Source: Macrostomum lignano (taxonomy: Eukaryota). From it: a DNA stretch of 64,000 bases. This document shows positions 51,263-64,000 of this stretch, piece by piece. The position numbers and the translations under genes are program-made. The notes beneath the pieces were generated by a model. It searched no databases, was not told where the DNA came from, and saw only the letters and a program-made list of their open reading frames with translations. Position 1 is the first letter of the stretch; every line of letters starts with the position of its first letter. Location: the NCBI GenBank assembly GCA_002269645.1, contig NIVC01000096.1:310001-374000 (forward strand). The letters run 5' to 3'.

Positions 51263-53532
51263 GGCAAACTTGAGCACTTCTGTGCGTGCTCAAAGTTTGT
51301 ACAGCATTATTCCAAAGCAGGAAAAAAACAATCCTTCCCCAAAAAAACTAGGATTCGTGCATATTAGTCAGGAACTAAGCTTAGACAGTTTCCAGTTATT
51401 TAGCAGTGGAATTCGTGTCCCGGAATTCAAATTCGTTTTGGTTTAGTTTCGCCGACAAGTGTCGAGAATTTCATTATGAAAAGAAAACTTTATATTTTTT
51501 TATGTCTGCTAACAAACCAAAGCAGAAAAAAGGGGATGGAATTGGGGAGATTTTCGATACTCTTGCACACGCCCGAAATTGGAAGTTTGTCAACTCTGTA
51601 AGGCATGCCGAAGCAGCGCACAAGAAAGAAAAAGCGAGTTGGCTACACAACTGGAAAAGCCGACAACGCAGTAATTTTAGAACCATGCAGTTTTTTCTCT
51701 GTTCTTCTTTTCGAATCTGTGCAGGAATTTCAGTTCGTTACAATTATACAATCTTGGCTAAGCAAAGAAGACAGAACAGATAGACACATTCTGGAAAGGG
51801 GGGGGGTTGGATACAAACTGTGGATCAGAGAGATGTTCATCATCATAGCGTCAGTGGTAGGCGCCGGTGGTTGTTAATTTCGCAGTGATAAAACTATCAT
51901 GTGCGACGCTATAGAAACAGGTTTTATGCAGCGTAGGTAGTCCTGTTGGTGACTTGTTTTTAGTTGCACAAGTTTCTGTTTTCAGCAGGACAACTGAGAT
52001 GTATAAATGAATATTTAGTACCCGCTTCTGAAATCGTTTGCGGACACCTCGCCTCGCAGCCTTCACAAACGACTTGGAATTGGAAAAAAACATAAAGAAT
52101 AAAAACTTTGATGACAAAAGAATTGTCATTTATTTTTCGGTACAAAGCGCGGCCGTGAATTCGACAATTTACTGTCCACACTTTCCTGTGGCTGCCTTGC
52201 AGAATCAGTAAGCAATCATAGTACACAATAGCACAGCATAATCTATTTTCATGTTAAATATTTTTTGTTAATTCTCGTAATAACAACAACCAAAGCGAAA
52301 AGAAGGCTGATTTTATTTAAAAAGTTTACGCGATAATTAGAAGGCAAACATAAACCAGAAACGACATGTAAATTTTCAAAACATTACAATTTAGTTTTAG
52401 TTAAAGCAATTGAATATTTGGTTACTTAAAGTACATTCCGAAACGTTTGGATAAGGAGAAACCAATAAAATTCTGTTTATTTGAAGTTTTTAATTAATTT
52501 TATCGCAAAATGTGAGGCGCCAAAGAAAGGAAGATGATATGCAAGCAGGAGAAAAAAATTATTTTATAAGGTGATGTAATGTAGTTGTTAGTTTATAATC
52601 AGAGTATTTCTTCTATACAAGGGCTGCATAATATTATGTTTCGAACAAACGTATCTGGGGTACTCTAATTGTTAACTGATTTTTTAATTTTATACTTAAC
52701 ATTAACTCGTGTAGCCTTATACGAGCTAAAAGCTAAATTTGTTAATAGCATTTGAGAAGGAAAACTGTACAAAATCAGTTTACTTTAGAACATGTAGCTA
52801 TCGTAGTCTATTAAGTCTTCAGACGATCAAATTTTCAAAGCTTTCGATTATAAAATTGAAAATTAATTAGCTAAGCTAGCCATTAGAAAATTAGGTAAAT
52901 TCAAGACTTGACTTTGAGTGAGAATACTTTTGATTTTAAAAACTTAGGATGCTATTTTTAGAAGTCCACTTGTGTTGGTAACAAGGGAATCATGAGATTA
53001 TTTTGAGATTGGAACATAGATCTTATTTAAGACTTATTGATTGGACGAGTAATAAAACGAAATTCACTCGGCTATTTGTCATTTTGTGTAACTGACAAGT
53101 TAGTTATGAAAAGCTTCTCCCAAAAGGTCAAAAGCGATTAGTAGGCTAGTCCAGAAAGAAGATAAGAGCGGAGAAGCGACACAACACGAAGAGATACGGC
53201 AGTAATAAAACCGGAAAATTCAATTTTACATTTAATAATGCCAGGCACTGTCATTCTTTTCTAATTTTAAAGTTAATTTAAAAAGCCAGGGATTTCTTGG
53301 CGCTCTAAAAAACTAACCTTAATCCAAGTAGCTTCCACGGTTTTTTAGACTAAGTTTTGTTTTAACGGAAACATTTTTCTAGTTCCCGTGTTCAATCAAA
53401 ATCAATCAAAGTAATTGATTTTCTTCTGAGAGGAATAAATTTTCTGTGTTCGCTCCCTCCGGTCTTCTCTCCGAATTAGACTGATTTTACAAGTAGTTCA
53501 GAATTAATTCAAACCAGAATCCAAAATCTTGC

Positions 53533-54123
<591 letters not shown>

Positions 54124-54279
54124 TCAGTTGGTAGAAGGTGTACTTTTATTTATTTGAAATTTTGAAGCTCTCGATCCTTTTATTCTGAACTCGTCTTGAC
54201 CTACCCTAACCTCTATCGACTCATCTAGATTCATCTTGACCATCTTGACCCATTGTGACTCACCGTGACCCGTCCTGAT

Positions 54280-55025
54280 TTATTCTGACCTATTCTGACC
54301 TATTCCGACCTATTCCGACCTATTCCGACCTATTCCGACCTATTCCGACTTATCCTGACCTATCCTGCCCTATCCTGACTCATTCTGATCAATCCTGCCT
54401 CATCCTGACCTATCCTGACCTATTCCGACCTATCCTGACCTATTCCGACCTATCCTGACCAATTCCGACCTATCCTGACCTATTCCGACCTATCCTGACC
54501 TATCCTGACCTACTCCGACCTATCCTGACCTATTCCGACCTATCCTGACCTATTCCGACCTATCCTGACCTATTCCGACCTATCCTGACCTATTCCGACC
54601 TATCCTGACCTATTCCGACCTATCCTGACCTATTCCGACCTATCCTGACCTATTCCGACCTATCATGACCTATCCTGCCCTATCCTGACTCATTCTGATC
54701 AATCCTGACCTATTCCGACCTATCCTGACCTATTCCGACCTATCCTGACCTATTCCGACCTATCCTGACCTATTCCGACCTATCCTGACCTATCTTGACC
54801 TACTCCGACCTATCCTGACTCATTCCGACCTATCCTGACCTATTCCGACCTATCCTGACCTATCCTGATCTATCCTGACCTATCCTGACTCATTCCGATC
54901 TATCCTGACCTATTCCGACCTATCCTGACCTATCCTGACCTATTCCGACCTATCCTGACCTATCCTGATCTATCCTGACCTATCCTGACCTATCCTGACC
55001 TATCCTGACCTATCCTAACCTATCC
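54280..55025 (+). repeat. 10-bp repeat cctatcctga / cctattccga
   Basis: ZC4H2 intron 3. Confidence 0.94.
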
Positions 55026-55049
55026 CGTCAGACTCAACCCGCTACTCAC

Positions 55050-55261
55050 TCTGCCGTTCCCAGCAGTGCGGCTGGCAGAGCTCCTGGAGGCGGCGGCGGC
55101 AGCGGCGGCGCCATGGAGTTGCTGTTCGATTCCAGGCCAACGCAGCGGGCCCGCAGGCGGTTGATTTGGCACAGCAGGCCGCCGTACCGGTCCATGAGAC
55201 CGCGCGCCCGACCGGCCACTCTGAGACGCTCTTCCTCGGAGCGCTTGATGCTGCTCTCCAG
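55050..55261 (-). CDS. ZC4H2: ZC4H2 exon 3
   Basis: atttcag|CTG; LESSIKRSEEERLRV...INRLR (compare MENTIKQSE...VDALR); GA|gtgagt; phase 0 to 2. Confidence 0.88.
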
Positions 55262-55317
55262 CTGAAATTTCCAGAAGGAGCTCGCATTAAAACCAACACT
55301 AAAAGGACACTGTGATA

Positions 55318-56130
55318 TCGAATTTGGCGCTTAGCTGACATCAGATTTGGCGCTTATCCGGCATCAGATTTAGCGCTTATCTGACATCAGATTTGGCGCT
55401 TATCCGACATCAGATTTGGCGCTTATCCGACACAAGATTTGGCGCTGATCCGACATCAGATTTGGCGCTTATCTGACATCAGATTTGGCGCTTATGTGAC
55501 ATCAGATTTGGCGCTTATCCGACTCAGATTTGGCGCTTATCCTACATCAGATTTGGCGCCTCATTTGACATCAGATTTGGCGCCTCATTTGACATCAGAT
55601 TTGGCGCCTCTTTTGACATCAGATTTGGCGCCTCCTTTGACATCAGATTTGGCGCCTCATTTGACATCAGATTTGGCGCCTCATTTGACATCAGATTTGG
55701 CGCCTCTTTTGACATCAGATTTGGTGCTTATCTGACATCAGATTTGGCGCTTATCCAAACTCAGATTTGGCGCTTATCTTACATCAGATTTGGCGCTTAT
55801 CCAAACTCAGATTTGGCGCTTATCCAAACTCAGATTTGGCGCTTATCTTACATCAGATTTGGCGCTTATCCAAACTCAGATTTGGCGCTTATCTGACATC
55901 AGATTTGGCGCTTATTTAACATCAGATTTGGCGCTTATTTAACATCAGATTTAGCGCTTATTTAACATCAGATTTGGCGCTTATTTAACATCAGATTTGG
56001 CGCTTATTTAACATCAGATTTAGCGCTTATTTAACATCAGATTTGGCGCTTATTTGACATCAGATTTGGCGCTTATTTAACATCAGATTTGGCGCTTATT
56101 TAACATCAGCTTTGGCGCTTATTTGACATG
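55318..56130 (+). repeat. 23/24-bp minisatellite catcagatttggcgcttatctga
   Basis: ZC4H2 intron 2. Confidence 0.94.
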
Positions 56131-56499
56131 AGATTTTACCACCCGTTTTGAATTAAAACTTCACGCCTTTCTTTTGCCGCTCAAATCAATTTAACATAAG
56201 CGGCACTAAATATCTTGTTTTTAAAAAAAGGCATTAAGAAAAACAAAGCAGTAAACGCGTCCAACCGTAGCCGACAATATTTATAACAATTTATCCGAAG
56301 TCACCCGAGCAGCATCTGGCGCCTCCCACAATGTCAATTATAAAACATATCTCTATCGATATAGTGGAAGAATTTCTTAAACAGGTGGCCGCGGGATCGG
56401 GCTGGGGGAGGGTTGTCGCGGTGGATCAGTCACATGCAGTCAGTCAGAGTCACATCAGGGAAAGTGTTGCAATCGTTTAGCGTTTGGGGCTCGACTCAC

Positions 56500-56520
56500 C
56501 GCCGGTTGGTCTGTCTGCAT
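56500..56520 (-). CDS. ZC4H2: Putative alternative first coding exon of ZC4H2 (MQTDQPA)
   Basis: gacATG, 7 codons, then a consensus GCG|gtgagt donor in phase 0, compatible with the exon 3 acceptor. Confidence 0.4.
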
Positions 56521-56815
56521 GTCTGTTTGTCTACTCTGACTTCTCTCTCCGTTTCTGATTGATCGTGTCCGATGGTGAGACTGAAGTCGTCGACTGGCTC
56601 CCATTTTAGGACAGATTGCTGTTCACGGCATAGTATTATTTATGCCTTCCCTAACCCGCGAGGACGGTCCCGCTGTGATCGCTAAATATAAACTACAACT
56701 GTACGCCTGTAGTTATCAAAACAATTTGTCAACAGGCTTTTTTTACTTGAAAAAGTCAGAACAACTGCGCTAGCCTGACCCAAGGTGCACGGCGTCCCCT
56801 CCCCCGCTCTCTCAC

Positions 56816-56987
56816 CGAGCCGATGTCCGCGTGAATGTTGCGCAATTGTTCCACGTGAGCCAGGCGTTCCTGCTGCAGCGATTCCAGTTCTTTTGTGTAG
56901 CGATCCAAGCGCTTAGACTGGTCTTCGCTGGCCCGGACTGTGGCTTCCAGCTCCGCGCTAACCTGGCCGATAGTGGACGCCAGCTTG
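56816..56987 (-). CDS. ZC4H2: ZC4H2 exon 2 (coiled coil)
   Basis: ccccacag|C; ...[26 protein letters not shown] (compare [26 protein letters not shown]); TCG|gtgaga; 172 nt. Confidence 0.93.
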
Positions 56988-56994
56988 CTGTGGG

Positions 56995-57630
<636 letters not shown>

Positions 57631-58739
57631 CACAGGTAAACAGACATTCCATTCCCCACTCAGCTACTCTATAAGCAAGCAACTCATTGACAAAGATAAG
57701 CGGTCTCTATCTATCTATTACCAAACGCTCCAACCAACGAAATCAACGAGTTTGAGACCTATTTGCTCAAGTCAAAAAAGCCTAAATTCCAAATACGCGA
57801 GTATTTTTTTTATATCTTGACGCATCGAGGCTGTGAAATTGACATTTCCCTACTTGACAGAAGCTGTCTATGATACTCGTACGCGCAGGGAAGTTAAGCG
57901 ATGCGCCCAGCAGCTCTTCAACGCGACTGGATTGCGAGACTTTAAAAAAATTCTGCCCTCGTACTGCTTAATGAGGTGTTGTTTGCTTTTTAGCCTCAAG
58001 AAAGATGGCATTGACAGACAGGTGACAACTGAAAATGTGGATGAGTCAATGACACCCATACGCCTCATATAGATAGCTATTTTAGCAGCTCAACTACCTG
58101 TTAATACAGAGACCCTCAGTTGACAAGAGTCTGCTTGGACTCCTAACATTCATCGGTTGCTGTCTACCTTTGTTGTCTAATGTGTCCAATACGTACTAAT
58201 CAAATGCACATTTTCTCCCATGAAACAGATGACGACGAAAGATATTTGTTGTAATAAGTGTTAAAAATCTTGACATTTCGCTATACATCATCATATGTTT
58301 CTTTGAAAGTTTCTGCACGGTGTTTTGGGATCCTTATTTGCCATTTTTAATACATTCAATACTTTTCCAAGATCCAAGATACACTTGTCAAAATAATGGA
58401 GCTTCTGTCTCTGAGAGACGTTTATATAGCAAAGTTCCAGAAGATCCAGAAGTCTATAGATTTTCTGCCAAAAACAATCCAAGATCTAACCGCAATTGGA
58501 CGAAGGAGGAAGTCATAAATGGACAAGGCCACAAGTTCCACAAGGACAAGGCATGAAAACACAAAGTTTGATTTCAGGCGTAGGACCTGCAATTATCATG
58601 GTTCTAGAGGAAAGAGATGAAAGAGTGGAGGATGAAGTGCAACAAGTACGGTTGGCCGCGTGGAGTACCTGTATGGAGCTGGTAAATGAATATTTCGAAA
58701 ATGCAAAATTTTGGACATGTTATTAGAGAAATGACAAAC

Positions 58740-59008
58740 CTGATTTCTTCCTGCCACTGCTGCTGTTGCTGCTGCGCCTGTTGCTGCGGCTGCTGCTGCT
58801 CTTCAGCTAGCTCCATCTCTTCTCTCTGCTCTGTCAGATCCTCAGCCCCGGCATCGCCAAAGCTGCAGTCCTGCTGATCGTGATGATAGGAGAGATGCTG
58901 ATCGTGATGATGGGTGAGATGCTGATCGTGAGCGTCGCTAGTCGCTGACCTGCTGCTGCTGCTTCTGCTGGCCGCAGGTGACAGGTTCAGAATCTTGGAA
59001 ATTTCCAT
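58740..59008 (-). CDS. ZC4H2: ZC4H2 exon 1 (extended His/Gln-rich N-terminus)
   Basis: ATG at 59008, open frame to EEI AG|gtttgt. Phase 2 matches exon 2. The joined CDS is 1230 nt (409 aa). Confidence 0.75.
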
Positions 59009-59994
59009 GCTGGTCTGCTTTTTATGTAAAGGACAGCAGAAGGCAAGGGCTATTATTTAGGAGATTTTAGAGAGGCGTTAAACACGGGATCCCATCCGTG
59101 GGATTTATTTTAAAGCTTTGCCTCCGAGTGGGGGGGGGGTTCAGAGTGGGGACTGGAGGAGGGTGGGCGAGAAGAAAGCGGCACTGCTGGCAGCCAATAG
59201 GGGATCGAGTTTTAAAAACTTCCCCCGGTCAATTTGGGAGGAGGCGCGCCATTTAGAGGTCCTGCGCATGAACTGAGCCAGTCATGGACTACTGCACTCA
59301 CTGGATTGGAAGCACCTGTTAATTTTTCAGTACGGCCTTCAAACATAAGTTAATCTCAAGCTTAGGCACTGCAAAGTTAAGCGAAATTGGCTCCGGTTAG
59401 TAGGATTTAAGGGTCAAGGAGGGAGCGGGAGCCCCTCTGAACGATTTTGCCAGGAAACATAACACCTAATTTTACTAAAGGAGGAAGGGGTTCAAACATT
59501 TTAATCATGGACTCAAGGGCGCGCTGCATGGCACATGCGAGTATAGTTTTTCGAACTGGGAAGTTTTTAATTCAATTTTTGAAAACAGATTTTATAACTA
59601 CGAGCTAATAGGCCCGGCACAGATTGGGTCATCCGTTCATTGATTTACGAGACCAAGCTATGAGAAAAACGTGTCAAAAGACGTCTGTCACGGTCTCTAG
59701 TTATATGGTCATTTTTTCACACTTAATTTCTTTACAACACATACGGCTGAGGTGGCGAGGAGTGTTGTAAACCTGAAATCTTTCATATTTTATTGGATAA
59801 ATCTGATGGGCTGTTTTAGTCTTGCGCATGCAATCTGTGTGCTCAATTTTGGGAAAACTTTAAAGTTTGAGTTTTATGACCGCGAATACTCGTATAATTT
59901 GCCTCTAATTCTATTGATAATATGTGTATCAAAGATTGCAGAGAAGCTTTCATTAGACGAGTTTCAATGTGGGCGCTGAAATCAAAGGGTGCCC

Positions 59995-61497
59995 CATGCC
60001 AAGGAAGATCGAGAATGGCGCCAAGATCAAGAATATGGCGCTAAGATCAAGAATGGCGCCAAGATCAAGAATGGCGCCTAAGTCAAGAGTTGGCGCCAAG
60101 ATCAAGAATGGCGCCTAAGTCAAGAGTGGTGCCAAGATCAAGAATGGCGTCTATAGGTCAAGAATGGCGCCAAGATCAAGAATGGCGCCAAGATCAAGAA
60201 TGGCGCCAAGATCAAGAATGGCGCCAAGATCAAGAATGGCGCCAAGATCAAGAATGGCGCCAAGATCAAGAATGGCGCCAAGATCAAGAATGGCGCCATG
60301 ATCAAGAATGGCGTCTATAGGTCAACAATGGCGCCAAGATCAAGAATGGCGCCTAAGTCGAGAGTTGGCGCCAAGATCAAGAATGGCGCCTAAGTCAAGA
60401 GTGGTGCCAAGATCAAGAATGGCGTCTATAGGTCAAGAATGGCGCCAAGATCAAGAATGGCGCCAAGATCAAGAATGGCGCCAAGATCAAGAATGGCGCC
60501 AAGATCAAGAATGGCGCCAAGATCAAGAATGGCGCCAAGATCAAGAATGGCGCCAAGATCAAGAATGGCGCCATGATCAGGAATGGCGCCAAGATCAAGA
60601 ATGGCGCCAAGATCAAGAATGGCGCCTAAGTCAAGAGTGGCACCAAGATCAAGGATGGCGCCTAAGTCAAGAATGGCGCCAAGATCAAGAATGGCGCCTA
60701 AGTCAAGAGTTGGCGCCAAGATCAAGAATGGCGTCTATAGGTCAACAATGGCGCCAAGATCAAGAATGGCGTCTATAGGTCAACAATGGCGCCTAAATCA
60801 AGAGTTGATACCATGCAAGATCAAGAAAATCGTCAAGATCAAGAATGGCGCCAAGATCAAGAATGGCGCCAAGATCAAGAGTGGCGCCAAGATCAAGAAT
60901 GGCGCCTAAGTCAAGAATGGCGCCAAGATCAAGAATGGCGCCTAAGTCGAGAGTTGGCGCCAAGATCAAGGATGGCGCCTAAGTCAAGAATGGCGCCAAG
61001 ATCAAGAATGGCGTCTATAGGTCAAGAATGGCGCCAAGATCAAGAATGGCGTCTATAGGTCAAGAATGGCGCCAAGATCAAGAATGGCGCCAAGATCAAG
61101 AATGGCGCCAAGATCAAGAATGGCGCCAAGATCAAGAATGGCGCCAAGATCAAGAATGGCGCCAAGATCAAGAATGGCGCCAAGATCAAGAATGGCGTCA
61201 AGATCAAGAATGGCGCAAAGATCAAGGATGGCGCCTAAGTCAAGAGTGGCGCCAAGATCAAGAATGGCGCCTAAGTCAAGAATGGCGCCAAGATCAAGAA
61301 TGGCGCCTAAGTCGAGAGTTGGCGCCAAGATCAAGGATGGCGCCTAAGTCAAGAATGGCGCCAAGATCAAGAATGGCGTCTATAGGTCAAAAATGGCGCC
61401 TAAATCAAGAGTTGACACCATGCAAGATCAAGAAAATCGTCAAGATCAAGAATGGCGCCAAGATCAAGAATGGCGCCAAGATCAAGAATGGCGCTTA
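59995..61497 (+). repeat. 18-bp minisatellite ggcgccaagatcaagaat
   Basis: Higher-order duplication: the marker catgcaagatcaagaaaatcgtc occurs near 60810 and 61420. Confidence 0.95.
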
Positions 61498-62569
61498 GGC
61501 AAAGAAGGGTCAGTGAGTCGCTGATTTAACGCCACTGTCGGGACGCAATTATTAATTGGCTTTTAAACGATGCGTGCTTAAGACTTTGGGGGGGGGGGTT
61601 GTGGAGTCATGGACTCACTGATCAGCTAATTGGTAGGCTCACATCAGACAGGTGATTTTTATCCAAAATCCAAGATTGAAAGAAGCTGGCCATGCAGCGT
61701 AATTTTTAAGGGAGTCTTCTAGTTCTGAGGCTCCTTGTGTGCTGGTATTGAGAAAGTCTGCTGAAGGTTAATTGAAAACCTAATTGAGCAAACATATGCA
61801 GGCTCGGAAAGGATTGGAGTTCATTATAGTCGAATTTAACAAAGCGCAAAAAAAGTATTCATCCAGTGAATTCGGTTGAAATTATACAAAGCTTCTTTAC
61901 TAATGTAGATTTTATCAAAGTAATCCAAGAATTAAAATCGATACTATGGATCTGCTGATTAGGAAACTCGGGAATTCACTTTCCATAAATAGTATATACA
62001 TGACCAGATGAAGATTCAGTGAGAAGAAGGAACGGCAATGTCTAAGCCATCAGTTCATTTCGGATTATGGTGTACCTTCTTTTTTGGAGGGAAAAAGAAT
62101 CGCTCTATCTGCATTGTCTTGAAAGAATTGGCCTGTTTAAGCTACTTATAAGCCTATAATTAAACAGTTGAAGTCAGACATTGTCCATTGATCGCACACT
62201 GATGATATTAAGCCATATGTTGACTGCGTGCATTAAAACTTGACCATAAGCTTTTCTACTTGCAGTTTGACATTATTTGACAAGAGATTAGACAGATGAA
62301 AGGAACGCTATGTGGACTAGTATAATATATATTGTGCTTTACTAAGAGTATTAATAGAATTTAGACAGCTGTTCTGTTAGCAAAACTTTTAATAACACTA
62401 TTATAGGCCAAACACATGCATGCACGAAGGCAAGGAGCATTAGAGTCCCAGATAAAGAGCTCCGAACCAAACGATAGACCCAGGGTTGGTATTTTTTGGC
62501 CTAGCAAGTGGGAGTGCAAGCGTCCCATGAGGTCCCTGTTACTACGGGATTCTAGCTCTATTTCGGCGC

Positions 62570-62995
62570 AAAGATCAAGGGTGGCGCCAAGATCAAGAGT
62601 AGCGCCAAGATCAAGAATGGCGCCTGGATCAAGAATGGCGCCAAGATCAAGAGTTTCGCCAAGATCAAAGATGGAACCTAGATCGAGAATGGCGCCAAGA
62701 TCAACAATGGCGCCAAGATCAACAATGGCACCAAGATCAAGAATGGAGCCTCGATCAAGAATGGAGCCTAGATCAAGAATGGCGCCAAGATCAAGAATGG
62801 AGCCTAGATCAAGAATGGCGCCAAAATCAAGAATGGCGCCAAGATCAAGAATGGCGCAAAGATCAAGAATGGAGCCTAGATCAAGAATGGCGTCAAAATC
62901 AAGAATGGCGCCAAGATCAAGAATAGCGCCAAGATCAAGAGTGGCGCCTAGATCAAGAATGGCGCCAAGATCAAGGTTTTCGCCAAGATCAAGGA
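62570..62995 (+). repeat. Second, more diverged 18-bp ggcgccaagatcaagaat array
   Basis: Same unit as 60.0-61.5 kb. Confidence 0.9.
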
Positions 62996-63044
62996 TGAGT
63001 AGAAGGCATGAGGGGGCTTCTGGGACAAAATTTTTCACCTCCTC

Positions 63045-63400
63045 CATAATCCACCTAAATCCATCCATATTATCCCTGACAGAATCAGAAAAAAAGGGGG
63101 GTCGCACCTGCTCACAAAACATCGTCCATAATCCCATTAAATCCATCCATATTATCCCCGACAGAATCAGAAAAAAGGGGGGTCGCACTCGCTCACAAAA
63201 CGTCCTCCATAATCCCATTAAATCCATCCATATTATCCTTGACAGAATCATGAAAAAGGGGAGGGGCCGCACTTGCTCCGAAAACTTCGAACATAATCCC
63301 ATTAAATCCATCCATATTATCCCTGACAGAATCAGAGCATAACAGGTGTCCTACTTGTTCCGAAAACTTCGAATATAATCCCATTTTAATCCACTGACAT
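63045..63400 (+). repeat. ~81-84-bp tandem repeat
   Basis: ccatccatattatcc recurs at 63061, 63143, 63224 and 63308. Confidence 0.88.
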
Positions 63401-63559
63401 CCACCCATAGCATCTTCGAAACAATCAGAAAATAATCTGCATTCTTCTCCCCACATTCAATCCGCAACGTGAAACCAGATCCCTAAGACTTTAAATCATC
63501 AGCGCAGGGTCCTTACCCTTTGAAAAAATCTAAATTTTTTCTGAATCTTGATTGTCTTT

Positions 63560-64000
63560 TATATGCTTACGAAGCTTCGTAAATCTAAATTTTCTGTTGC
63601 TAAAAATATTCATTCTGAACTACTACTTCCAGTAGCAGTAGGTTAAAAATATATTTTAGCATTTTATGCTTTTTCATTTAGGAGTTTACAATGTTTCGTA
63701 AATTGAAATTTTCTGTCGCTTAAAATTTTCACTCTAAACTACTACTTATACTAGCAGTAGTTAAAAATTTATTTTTGCATTTTCTCCTTTTTTAATAAAG
63801 AGTTTATACAATGCTTCATAAATTGAAATTTTCTGTCGCTTAAAATTTTCACTCTGAACTACTACTTCCAGTAGCAGTAGGTTAAAAATATATTTTAGCA
63901 TTTTATGCTTTTTCATTTAAGAGTTTACAATGCTTCGTAAATCGAAATTTTCTGTCGCTTAAAATTTTCACTCTGAACTACTACTTCTACTAGCAGTAGG
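63560..64000 (+). repeat. ~120-bp AT-rich tandem repeat, truncated by the window end
   Basis: ttctgtcgcttaaaattttcactct recurs near 63711, 63831 and 63950. Confidence 0.88.

Noticed and set aside
62361-63342. Overlapping 316-aa and 308-aa ORFs on opposite strands
   Set aside because: Both are built from the 18-bp and ~82-bp repeats; no domain is recognisable.

Overview
Eukaryotic (animal) genomic DNA: GC-rich spliced exons with GT-AG introns, where most larger introns and intergenic gaps hold micro- or minisatellite arrays. This style suggests a free-living flatworm such as Macrostomum (inference, not verified). Four spliced genes can be reconstructed by hand with consistent intron phases: the 3' part of an EML (EMAP-like WD40) gene (+, to 7723), a Dbx homeobox gene (-, 21718-13297, 4 exons), mitochondrial NAD kinase NADK2 (-, 38706-31976, 5 exons) and ZC4H2 (-, 59008-53533, 4 exons). 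Most long ORFs in the supplied track are artefacts of tandem repeats. Mobile DNA includes a probable solo LTR nested in a satellite, two MITEs with 8-bp target-site duplications, a tRNA-derived SINE and a possible Helitron-like head. The most unusual feature is a sharply bounded ~4.6-kb domain (about 38871-43458) almost free of CpG and enriched in TpA. It contains a BTB-domain pseudogene whose N-terminal stops are explicable by C>T/G>A transitions, and a younger MITE that keeps its CpGs. This looks like localized methylation-driven or RIP-like hypermutation of a gene copy. All counts are manual.
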